The translations under genes and the position numbers were made by a program. This document shows positions 6,918 to 14,547 of a stretch of 36,330 nt of DNA, piece by piece. The first letter of the stretch is position 1. Every line of letters starts with the position of its first letter. The notes beneath the pieces were generated by a model. It did not search any database, had not been told where the DNA came from, and was given only the letters and a program-made list of their open reading frames with translations. Where the stretch lies: the NCBI GenBank assembly GCA_964443635.1, contig CAYUDJ010000002.1, forward strand, positions 6,565 to 42,894, read 5' to 3'. This stretch comes from an uncultured Candidatus Saccharibacteria bacterium. Lineage in GTDB: Bacteria > Patescibacteriota > Minisyncoccia > Phycocordibacterales > UBA9973.

Positions 6918-8795
6918 TTAAACGCCACTTACGTAGATGAGGTTAGTCTTGTAGTCACCGTCAATACCCATATTTGAAGTATAAACGTTACTCAAGGTAG
7001 CAGCATCTGAAGTTCCATATTCGAGAGCGTAGAGGATAGCACGCTGTTGAGCACCACTTCCTGTTGCGTTAACAGTGATAGTGAAGTCAGCAGTTGCGCC
7101 GTCTGCGATCAAGTATGTGTTTGTCTTCTCAGAAGCATCATTGTCTGTTGAAGAGATTGATGCTGAGAAGCCAGCTGTAAGTGTAGTTCCTGCAGCGCTA
7201 ACAACGTTTACACGGTTGTTACCAGTAGCAGTTGTTGATGAACTTGATGACTGAGCAAAGCTCTTATCAAGGTATACATCCTGATCTACAGCTGTAACAC
7301 TAATTTTGATAGTGTATGCAGAGTAGTCAGCAGCACCGTCAACAGCTTCTGCAACAGCAGAGATTGAACCAACCTTTACTGAGATACCCTGTGTCATAAA
7401 TGACTGAAGGTCACCAGTAAGTGTTCCAGTGAGTTCACTAGAAGTAAGGTCTTCTTTTGATTCATCTCGTGCGTCAATGTCATCTGAATCAACAGTAGCT
7501 GAAAGTGAATCACCTTCTGCAACAGTTGTTCCGTCAACTTCATTGATGTCAGCAAGAACTTCGAAGTCTACAGTATCGCCTTCACTGATAGTCATATCAA
7601 TGTCGTCGAAATTGTAAGTTTCAGTTGTTGAAGTACATGGTGTTGAAACACATGCAGCTGCGTCAACTGAGTCAACCTCTTCACCGTCGATCTTAACGAT
7701 AAACTGTGAAGCGATTTCGTCAATGTCACCAGTACCAGACTTAGTAACACTTACGATAAGACCCTTGATCTGAATGTCAGAACCTTGAGCCTTGAGCTTG
7801 CCCTTGAGCAAGACAACGCCGTCAGTACTGTCATTCTGGTCAGCCATTACAACTGAAGCATCTGGGTTCTCAGTAGATTCAGTAAGTTTCAATTCTACAT
7901 CATTTGCTGTAGAGAAAGATTCAAAGCTGAATGAACGTGTTGAGAGACTTGGGTCTTCTGAGATAGTTGCACCTTGTGCATCTACCCATCGAACAGTAGT
8001 CACATCAACTGACCAGTCTTCACCGATGTCATCTGAGTCAAGGTTACTTGCACCAGAGATAGCTACGTAGAAGTTACCAGTCTTTCCAGCCTTGACGATA
8101 GCGTCAGATGAGAAAGAGATAGTCTTCTTGTAGTCGTTGTCATCGTTAAAGTCTTCTCCGTCAACTTCTGCAACCTTTGTTGATCCGTACCAGATAGATA
8201 CAGAGTCAGCATAGTCTTCGAAGTTGTCAGATGCAGGGTTTGTAGGGATTGAACCAAGTTCAAGACGTACTGACTTCACATTGAGGTCAGATGAGTCATC
8301 AGCTTCAACAGAGAAACCGAGAACCTTTACGTTGCTCTGGTCTTCACCAACATCCTGATTGTTTGAAGGAGAAGCAAGGAGCTTGTATTCATTAACTGAA
8401 CCAGCACCACCAGTAAGACCAGTAGTAGTAGTTGTAGTTGTTGAAGAACAAGCTGCACCTGTCATTGGGTTAAACATCTGTCCTACTGCACAACCATTTG
8501 TAGTTGTAGTAGTTGTAGTTGTTGAACCAGCAAGAGCTGCACCAGTAGCAGGACCTACAACGCCATCAGCGGTGAGACCATGAGCTGCCTGGAAAGCTAC
8601 AACAGCTGCCTTGGTGATTGAACCAAAGTAACCAGTTGCAGGTGTAACGCCAAGAGTAGTCTGAAGACTAAGAACCTGTGCGCTACGTACGCCAACCTTG
8701 AGGGTTGTTGTGTGCATGTAAGCTGCAGATGCTGCTGTTGCAGAAATTGCAAAAGCGAGTACTGCGCCTACGAGAAATTTTGTAAATTTTTTCAT
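6918..8795 (-). CDS. large cell-surface protein with N-terminal peptidoglycan-binding domain and poly-Thr linkers
   Basis: ORF 6918-8915. The realistic start is ATG at 8795 (MKKFTKFLVGAVLAFAISATAASA, a signal peptide). A PG_binding_1-like segment follows (LQTTLGVTPATGYFGSITKAAVVAFQAAHGLTADGVVGPATGAAL). Next come T8, a Cys-bounded loop (GCAVGQMFNPMTGAAC) and T7. The remaining ~480 aa are very acidic and Asp/Ser/Thr/Val-rich. Confidence 0.75.
   Translation of the reverse strand: MKKFTKFLVGAVLAFAISATAASAAYMHTTTLKVGVRSAQVLSLQTTLGVTPATGYFGSITKAAVVAFQAAHGLTADGVVGPATGAALAGSTTTTTTTTNGCAVGQMFNPMTGAACSSTTTTTTTGLTGGAGSVNEYKLLASPSNNQDVGEDQSNVKVLGFSVEADDSSDLNVKSVRLELGSIPTNPASDNFEDYADSVSIWYGSTKVAEVDGEDFNDDNDYKKTISFSSDAIVKAGKTGNFYVAISGASNLDSDDIGEDWSVDVTTVRWVDAQGATISEDPSLSTRSFSFESFSTANDVELKLTESTENPDASVVMADQNDSTDGVVLLKGKLKAQGSDIQIKGLIVSVTKSGTGDIDEIASQFIVKIDGEEVDSVDAAACVSTPCTSTTETYNFDDIDMTISEGDTVDFEVLADINEVDGTTVAEGDSLSATVDSDDIDARDESKEDLTSSELTGTLTGDLQSFMTQGISVKVGSISAVAEAVDGAADYSAYTIKISVTAVDQDVYLDKSFAQSSSSSTTATGNNRVNVVSAAGTTLTAGFSASISSTDNDASEKTNTYLIADGATADFTITVNATGSGAQQRAILYALEYGTSDAATLSNVYTSNMGIDGDYKTNLIYVSGV
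8421..8522 (-). repeat. two ACN-codon (poly-Thr) tracts flanking a Cys-loop coding segment
   Basis: 8421-8441 encodes T7 and 8499-8522 encodes T8, built from alternating agt/tgt triplets on the plus strand. This is low-complexity, potentially slippage-prone DNA inside the surface-protein gene. Confidence 0.8.
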
Positions 8796-8859
8796 AGTTT
8801 TTTTAATTCTTAGTAATGCGTATGTACATATATAGAGTGAATGTAGTGTCGACAACATC

Positions 8860-9250
8860 ACTCTGATGTACAAACGTTTGCATGGTGTGAAGCAGTCTTT
8901 ATCACCGCCGCACACTATGCGAGCTGCAGATACACGGTAACGAGCCGTATAGTATCTGCCGTGTCGACAAGGCCGATATCATGTCTCCGTCCATCGCCCA
9001 TCCGAAGAAAGGCGAAAGACAAAAAACAAAAAGAACGACCGCCGAAAATTTCGTAACGGATTTTTATTTCGCTATTTCATTTTCAACGATCATTCCGATG
9101 TGGATTTCCAACCCACACTTACGTGTGGGACGAACCGCTCTTGCGAGCGAACCGCACATTTGTCTTCTGTATTCCGCACTCTATTTGCATAGAACGAGGG
9201 ACAGAAAGACAGTCATCATACTACCATACAAAACCCTTTCGGACTAGTGT
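8860..9250 (-). ncRNA. unclassified structured RNA candidate (long 5' leader of the surface-protein gene or an independent ncRNA)
   Basis: It lies within a 572-bp gap with no credible ORF. Read on the minus strand, several hairpins are capped by stable tetraloops: cccacac-GUAA-gtgtggg (9112-9129), cgctc-GCAA-gagcg (9136-9149), a UUCG-capped hairpin (about 8995-9014) and a 12-bp bulged hairpin (8926-8959). I could not match it to any RNA family by eye. Confidence 0.3.
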
Positions 9251-9261
9251 GGCAGAATGAT

Positions 9262-9306
9262 GGGCACAGTATAGCGCGTTGCTATATATGATGCCAGTGC
9301 CTTTTT
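9262..9306. other. composite stem-loop with T5 on the plus-strand side (orientation ambiguous)
   Basis: ggcac (9263-9267) pairs with gtgcc (9297-9301), and the inner stem tatagc (9270-9275) pairs with gctata (9281-9286). ttttt follows at 9302-9306. It lies 62 nt downstream of the minus-strand regulator stop, but the U-tract would be on the plus-strand transcript. Confidence 0.3.
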
Positions 9307-9367
9307 GTACAGTAGACAAAATATGTGGAAAACCACTTACATCTTAGACGCAACAGTGAGACGTTTA

Positions 9368-9970
9368 TTACACCACAGCCATGTACACACTCCATCGTTT
9401 TGATCCCCTTTTTGTGATGAGACCTTTTGCAACGAGTAGTCCGAGTTCGCGCTGAATCGTCTTCTCAGATAACTCCGGAAAGAGCGTGGTGATGTCTTTT
9501 ATAGCTGCACTTTTACGGTCATTTATAAAGGACAGTATTTTAGTCTGCCTAAGGTCTTTGTTATCAAAAGATTGGTTTGTTTTAGCGTGCCCAATTGATG
9601 TCCTTTTCTCTATAGGACTATCCTTTTTAAAGGACATAATGGACGGTTGTCGCTGCGCAGACAATGTCTCATTTTGTGCAAAGAGACTTGTGAGCATTGC
9701 ATGACGTGATTCAAACATAGGAGTAGCAAAATGACGAAGCTCAAGACTAATGATGGATGCGTTTTTTTCTGAGATCAAACTCGCAAAAACTGCTGCTGAG
9801 AGCAGTGTGTCGATACGAGATGCAACAACTGATTTTGCTTCATCAGTTTCCTCTTCCACAAGCACTACGGCATACTCGCGCAATGCCATACGGATCGGAT
9901 CATTGTCCGATAGATGGTTGGTGACGAGATAGAGTGCTGCGATAATCTTTTGTCCTTTAGAAGTATCCAT
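9368..9970 (-). CDS. winged-helix (DeoR-like HTH) transcriptional regulator
   Basis: 200 aa with ATG at 9970. The C-terminal part ILSFINDRKSAAIKDITTLFPELSEKTIQRELGLLVAKGLITKRGSKRWSVY looks like a DeoR-type wHTH. The N-terminal ~100-aa helical domain is of unknown function. Confidence 0.6.
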   Translation of the reverse strand: MDTSKGQKIIAALYLVTNHLSDNDPIRMALREYAVVLVEEETDEAKSVVASRIDTLLSAAVFASLISEKNASIISLELRHFATPMFESRHAMLTSLFAQNETLSAQRQPSIMSFKKDSPIEKRTSIGHAKTNQSFDNKDLRQTKILSFINDRKSAAIKDITTLFPELSEKTIQRELGLLVAKGLITKRGSKRWSVYMAVV

Positions 9971-10179
9971 ATAGTTTAATCTGTGTTGCTTATAATAGTC
10001 CTTTTGTGTCCGTAATGAATCAAGAGATAGGTTTGTCTTTTATAACAAACGTTTCGGTCAGTATAACGGACAGATTTCATATCCACAACTTTTTCGTGTG
10101 TCCCAATATATCCTTATGGTATAACGATTTTTTATAGCGTACGCGCTGCGGCAGTGATATACTTGAGGCTGTTATCGCT

Positions 10180-12351
10180 ATGGCAAAGAAACAACAGTCA
10201 TCAAAAGATTCGAGTAAAAAAAATAGTACCAACCATGTTATTCTGGGGCTTTTATTTGTATTAATAGCAATCCTGGCTGCAGGTGGTATAGCAGGTGGCG
10301 CAGGTGCTGGTGGCTTCCTCGTTGCAAGTGGTGTGCGCGCACTCTTTGGTGCAGGGTCAGTGATTTTCCCGCTTGGGTTCGGTACTGCTGGAGTACTACT
10401 GATGCTCAAGCGTCCACTAGTGGCAACCACAAAAAAGTGGGTGACAGGTATACTCGGAGTGCTCTCTCTCTTGGCGCTCTGTACTATCAGTAATCCTGTT
10501 CTCGGAGGTCTCGTCGGCAAAGTACTTGCTGTACCACTTATCGCAGCGTTTGATACAACATTTAGTGCAATTATCCTGGCATTTCTAGCTGCAGGATCCC
10601 TCATTGTATTCTTTGACCATACACCAAAACTCTTTCCATTCTTTATGGCGCTCTGGGCAAAGGCCGAGGCGTGGTGGGCGCGTCTTTTTTCTCGAGCTCC
10701 TCGTATCGAAGAAGATGTGAACACTATAGTCATGGACGAGATGTCAGCAGGACGACCAGCCCCCCAAGAAATAGAGGAGGCTCCGAAAGAAAAGCCTGCA
10801 GTACTAAAAGTAACTGATCCGAGCACTGATGACTTCGTTGTTTCCAACTTCAAAAAGAGTAAAGGGTTCGGCGGCTATACTCCTCCTCCACTTTCACTCC
10901 TTGAAGGTGATCGAGGCAAGGCAAATGTCGGCGACGTCAAAGCTAATGCTAATGTCATCCGACGCACCCTCATGAACTTCGGTATCGAAGTTGAAATGGA
11001 CGAAGTCACCATCGGTCCGACTGTCACTCGCTATGCATTAAAACCTGCACAAGGTGTCAAACTCTCACGTATTGTAGGGCTGCAAAACGACCTCGCGCTC
11101 TCGCTCGCGGCTCACCCCCTCCGTATCGAAGCACCTATTCCTGGCAAATCACTCGTTGGTATTGAAATTCCTAATAAAACAAAATCAACTGTCGGTCTCT
11201 CTAGCCTTCTCTCTGATCCTGCATTCCAACAATCAAGACCTCTTACTATTGCTCTCGGTCGTAACATCGGTGGAAAGTCAGTACTCAAGAGTATTGCAAA
11301 GATGCCGCACTTGCTCATTGCAGGTACGACTGGATCCGGAAAGTCTGTGACCATCCACTCGATCATTACTTCTCTATTGTATAAGCACGGTCCTGACGAA
11401 CTCCGATTCATATTCGTCGACCCAAAGCGTGTCGAGCTCACTCTCTACAACGGTATCCCTCACCTTCTCACTCCGGTTATTACTGAAAGCAAGAAAGCAA
11501 TCCTTGCCCTCAAATGGGCAGCAACTGAGATGAATCGCCGATACGATATCCTCGAATCTGAATCTGTGCGCGATATTGATTCGTACCACAAAAAGTACGC
11601 ATCAGTTTTTGCAAAGCCGGCAGATACTGACGAAGATGGCGGACCTGACCGCATGCCGTACATTGTCATCATCATCGATGAGCTTGCCGACATCATGCAG
11701 GCATTTCCTCGTGAACTCGAAGCGGCTATCGTCCGCCTCGCACAAATGTCACGAGCTGTCGGCATTCACCTTATCCTTAGTACACAGCGCCCTGAAGTCA
11801 ATATCATCACCGGACTGATCAAGGCCAACGTCCCTGCTCGTCTCGCACTTCGTGTGCCAACCGGCATCGACTCACGCACTATTCTCGACACAACAGGTGC
11901 TGAAAAGTTGCTCGGGAATGGTGATGCTCTCGCACTTATTGAAAGCAATCAACCAGAGCGTGTCCAAAATGGGTACATCAGTGAAGAAGAAGTCAAAGAA
12001 GTGGTAAAATATCTCAAGAACACGTTCAAGGATGATATTCGTGACCAGATTGAACTCTCAGGCGTCGTTGCAGGAGAAAAACCAATGTGGGGCGATAGTA
12101 TGGAAAGTGGCGATGACGATGACGCCCTCTATGAGGATGCACGCGCTGCAATCATGGAGGCTGGCAAGGCATCAACATCGTACATCCAACGCAAACTGAA
12201 GGTTGGCTATGCCCGTGCAGCACGTCTGATGGATATGCTCGAGGAACGTGGAGTGATCGGACCTTCTGACGGAGCAAAACCACGCGAGGTATTATCAGGA
12301 GGGATAAAGAACTCAGTAAGTGACCAAGTAGCCGAGGATATGGGTATATGA
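10180..12351 (+). CDS. ftsK: DNA translocase FtsK/SpoIIIE
   Basis: 723 aa. It has N-terminal TM segments, a Walker A (AGTTGSGKS), a Walker B region (YIVIIIDELADIM) and the FtsK block HLILSTQRPEVNIITGLIKANVPARLALRV. The C-terminal gamma wHTH is ASTSYIQRKLKVGYARAARLMDMLEERGVIGP. Confidence 0.95.
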   Translation: MAKKQQSSKDSSKKNSTNHVILGLLFVLIAILAAGGIAGGAGAGGFLVASGVRALFGAGSVIFPLGFGTAGVLLMLKRPLVATTKKWVTGILGVLSLLALCTISNPVLGGLVGKVLAVPLIAAFDTTFSAIILAFLAAGSLIVFFDHTPKLFPFFMALWAKAEAWWARLFSRAPRIEEDVNTIVMDEMSAGRPAPQEIEEAPKEKPAVLKVTDPSTDDFVVSNFKKSKGFGGYTPPPLSLLEGDRGKANVGDVKANANVIRRTLMNFGIEVEMDEVTIGPTVTRYALKPAQGVKLSRIVGLQNDLALSLAAHPLRIEAPIPGKSLVGIEIPNKTKSTVGLSSLLSDPAFQQSRPLTIALGRNIGGKSVLKSIAKMPHLLIAGTTGSGKSVTIHSIITSLLYKHGPDELRFIFVDPKRVELTLYNGIPHLLTPVITESKKAILALKWAATEMNRRYDILESESVRDIDSYHKKYASVFAKPADTDEDGGPDRMPYIVIIIDELADIMQAFPRELEAAIVRLAQMSRAVGIHLILSTQRPEVNIITGLIKANVPARLALRVPTGIDSRTILDTTGAEKLLGNGDALALIESNQPERVQNGYISEEEVKEVVKYLKNTFKDDIRDQIELSGVVAGEKPMWGDSMESGDDDDALYEDARAAIMEAGKASTSYIQRKLKVGYARAARLMDMLEERGVIGPSDGAKPREVLSGGIKNSVSDQVAEDMGI

Positions 12352-12743
12352 TGACACTCCCTACACAACTCAATATTAAAACAGTCTTGTGGTCGATTAT
12401 TGGTATCGCCGTCTTGAGTCTGGTAACCTATAACCTCAAAGACAGGATCTTCGGAGCACCGTTGATGGTGATGACAGCACCAGATGGTGCAACACTCGAT
12501 ACCCCATTTCTGCCAGTGACAGGCATCGCCCGACATGCCCGTGAAATCTCAATCAACGGCCGTGCAGTAACTATCGATCGCCAGGGTAATTTTAATGACG
12601 AAGTCGTTCTCTCCCCTGGGTATAATATCGTAGAAGTCGCTGCAAAAGATCAATTTGGAAATGAAAAACGGAAAACATATCAGGTTGTCGTAACCCCTGG
12701 GCAAAATGTCGCGAGCACAATCAGTGTCCACACCAATCTGTAG
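12348..12743 (+). CDS. membrane-anchored protein with small beta-sandwich-like ectodomain (unknown function)
   Basis: 131 aa. ATG at 12348 overlaps the ftsK TGA (ATGATGA). There is one TM helix ([16 protein letters not shown]), then ...[49 protein letters not shown]. Confidence 0.55.
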   Translation: MMTLPTQLNIKTVLWSIIGIAVLSLVTYNLKDRIFGAPLMVMTAPDGATLDTPFLPVTGIARHAREISINGRAVTIDRQGNFNDEVVLSPGYNIVEVAAKDQFGNEKRKTYQVVVTPGQNVASTISVHTNL

Positions 12744-12784
12744 GGCTTGAGAAAAAATTTAACAGCATTATTTATACTTTATTT

Positions 12785-13831
12785 ATGGCAAAAAAATCAG
12801 CACCAAAAGAAACAAATAGTTCAGTCGAAGATACTATCAAAAGTATTCAGACAAAGTTCGGTGAAGGCGCAATCATGAAGCTTGGCGACTCCCCAAAGGT
12901 TAACATCAGTACTGTACCAACCGGTTCAATCGGTCTTGATATCGCACTAGGTATCGGAGGACTTCCCCGTGGACGCATCATCGAAATCTTTGGACCAGAG
13001 TCATCCGGTAAGACTACCCTTGCGCTCCATGTTGTTGCAGAGGCACAAAAGCTCGGAGGTATCTGTGCGTACATTGACGCAGAGCATGCCATGGATCCAG
13101 ACTACGCTGCAAAGATAGGCGTAAAGATCAACGAACTCCTCATCTCTCAGCCTGACACCGGTGAGCAAGGTCTTGAAATCTGTGAGTCTCTCGTCCGCAG
13201 TGGCAAGATCGATATTATTGTTATCGACTCAGTTGCGGCACTGACCCCAAAGGATGAGATCGAAGGCGACATGGGCGCAAGCCATATGGGTAAACAAGCA
13301 CGTCTTATGTCCCAGGCACTGCGCAAGCTCACTGCAATCGTCCACAAGTCCAAGACCATCGTTATCTTCATCAACCAAATCCGCATGCAGATCGGTGTCA
13401 TGTTTGGTAACCCGGAGACTACTCCAGGTGGTAAGGCACTTAAATTCTACACTTCTATCCGTCTCGATATCCGTCGTATTGCCCAGATCAAAAAAGGTGA
13501 CGAAGTCGTCGGATCCCGTACTCGCGTAAAGGTTGTCAAAAACAAAGTTGCCTCCCCTTTCAAACAGACAGAGTTCGATATCATCTATGGTGAAGGAGTC
13601 TCACTTGAAGGCGAACTCCTTGCATTGGGTGAAAAACTTGGTGTTATTACAAAAAGTGGTACGTCATACTCATACCTCCCTGAAGGTAAAGACAAAGAAG
13701 AAGTGAAACTCGGCCGCGGCTATGATGCCTCACGCGTGTTCATGAGAGAAAATACCAAAGTTCGTGACGCTATTACGAAAGACGTTCGCAAGCGAATGAA
13801 AGATGTCGTTGCAGAAAGTTCTGGAGAATAA
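12785..13831 (+). CDS. recA: recombinase RecA
   Basis: 348 aa. It has [27 protein letters not shown] (Walker A), [10 protein letters not shown] and [37 protein letters not shown]. Confidence 0.97.
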   Translation: MAKKSAPKETNSSVEDTIKSIQTKFGEGAIMKLGDSPKVNISTVPTGSIGLDIALGIGGLPRGRIIEIFGPESSGKTTLALHVVAEAQKLGGICAYIDAEHAMDPDYAAKIGVKINELLISQPDTGEQGLEICESLVRSGKIDIIVIDSVAALTPKDEIEGDMGASHMGKQARLMSQALRKLTAIVHKSKTIVIFINQIRMQIGVMFGNPETTPGGKALKFYTSIRLDIRRIAQIKKGDEVVGSRTRVKVVKNKVASPFKQTEFDIIYGEGVSLEGELLALGEKLGVITKSGTSYSYLPEGKDKEEVKLGRGYDASRVFMRENTKVRDAITKDVRKRMKDVVAESSGE

Positions 13832-13856
13832 TACATTTTAAAATAAGAAAAAATTA

Positions 13857-13878
13857 AAAGCCCCGAAAGGGGCTTTTA
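13857..13878. terminator. bidirectional rho-independent terminator between convergent recA and the 13893-14453 ORF
   Basis: aaaa-gcccc-gaaa-ggggc-tttt: a perfect GC stem with a GAAA loop and A/T runs on both sides. Confidence 0.8.
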
Positions 13879-13892
13879 GCATTGTATGGAGA

Positions 13893-14453
13893 TTACTTCT
13901 TACAAGTAATACCATTGATTTCAACCGGGAGAATCTGAGAACCTGTTTTGAGATATTTGTTTGCCCATTTGTTGTCCGGATCAGTAAAAAGGCGCTGTGC
14001 AATCTTCCCTAAACCAAAGAAATGTTGCTTAGATACGTTACTGCCCTCAAAGGAAAGCCGCATACTACATCCTGTTGCTGTCACATCGACATTGGATTCA
14101 AAAATCGTTCCTCCTGTTTCTGATGCTTTGAACGAAGTGCACTTCGCGTGAACACTTCCTATCGAAGCAAGTTCGTCGACATTTTGCCCTGATACCGGTG
14201 GATAATTAAGCACCATCAATTGAACTGAGTTGTTTTCCTCAGGTATACCTTTCGCAATTTGTGTATCTAAAAGAAGTAAACATGGTTTTTCAGTCCCTGC
14301 CTCAGGAAGATATGCTAACGTACAAGCAAGTGCCGGGTTTTTATCATTATAATTAATGTTTATCTGTACATTTTTAATGTACCCCAAATCTGCCAGGTAC
14401 TCCAGGAGCACAATCCCCGGGAAGTCATAGAGTAATTTAAATTGATGTGTCAT
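13893..14453 (-). CDS. hypothetical protein (no recognisable domain)
   Basis: ORF 13893-14591. Starting at the internal ATG 14453 (MTHQFKLLYDFPG...) avoids overlap with efp and leaves a 94-bp divergent promoter region. There is no signal peptide and there are several Cys. Confidence 0.45.
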   Translation of the reverse strand: MTHQFKLLYDFPGIVLLEYLADLGYIKNVQININYNDKNPALACTLAYLPEAGTEKPCLLLLDTQIAKGIPEENNSVQLMVLNYPPVSGQNVDELASIGSVHAKCTSFKASETGGTIFESNVDVTATGCSMRLSFEGSNVSKQHFFGLGKIAQRLFTDPDNKWANKYLKTGSQILPVEINGITCKK

Positions 14454-14547
14454 ATAACATATTTTTGTTTGAACTAACACTATCATGTCCTGGACATGCG
14501 TCAACCACGGTAGACTTTCTGGGTCTTTTCGGCTACAATCTGGTCCT

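Noticed and set aside
8796-8915. 40-codon N-terminal extension of the surface-protein ORF (MCGGDKDCF...).
   Set aside because: The internal ATG at 8795 gives a textbook signal peptide (MKKFTKFLVGAVLAFAISATAASA). The extension has no coding character and overlies promoter-like AT-rich sequence. For the same reason I trimmed 5146-5268, because that extension covers the terminator hairpin at 5171-5197.
9125-9160. GGTTCG motifs (minus strand) that resemble a tRNA/tmRNA T-loop.
   Set aside because: The following bases (GGTTCGTCC and GGTTCGCTC) lack the conserved A58 position of GTTCRANYC. No acceptor stem, anticodon arm or CCA context can be built around them.
8981-9247. 88-aa plus-strand ORF in the large non-coding gap.
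   Set aside because: The sequence looks random (basic N-terminus, no conserved motif) and overlaps the hairpin-rich region, which is better explained as RNA structure. It is kept only as a minor alternative in the finding on the 9262-9306 hairpin.
8796-9367. Known RNA families in the gap: c-di-AMP (ydaO) riboswitch upstream of a PG-binding protein gene, RNase P RNA, tmRNA, SRP RNA.
   Set aside because: I looked for GGGGACCCA / CAGCUAACCUCGUAAGCG (ydaO), GGAAAGUCCGGGC / ACAGAA-CCGGCUUA (RNase P), and the tmRNA 5'-GGGG and 3' tRNA-like end. I found only fragmentary resemblances. A covariance-model scan is needed before naming any family.
10077-10853. 258-aa minus-strand ORF antisense to the 5' part of ftsK.
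   Set aside because: It lies opposite the GC-rich, Ala/Gly-rich membrane domain of a confidently identified ftsK. Its product is low-complexity Ala/Ser/Pro/Arg sequence, typical of an antisense shadow ORF, and it has no motif.
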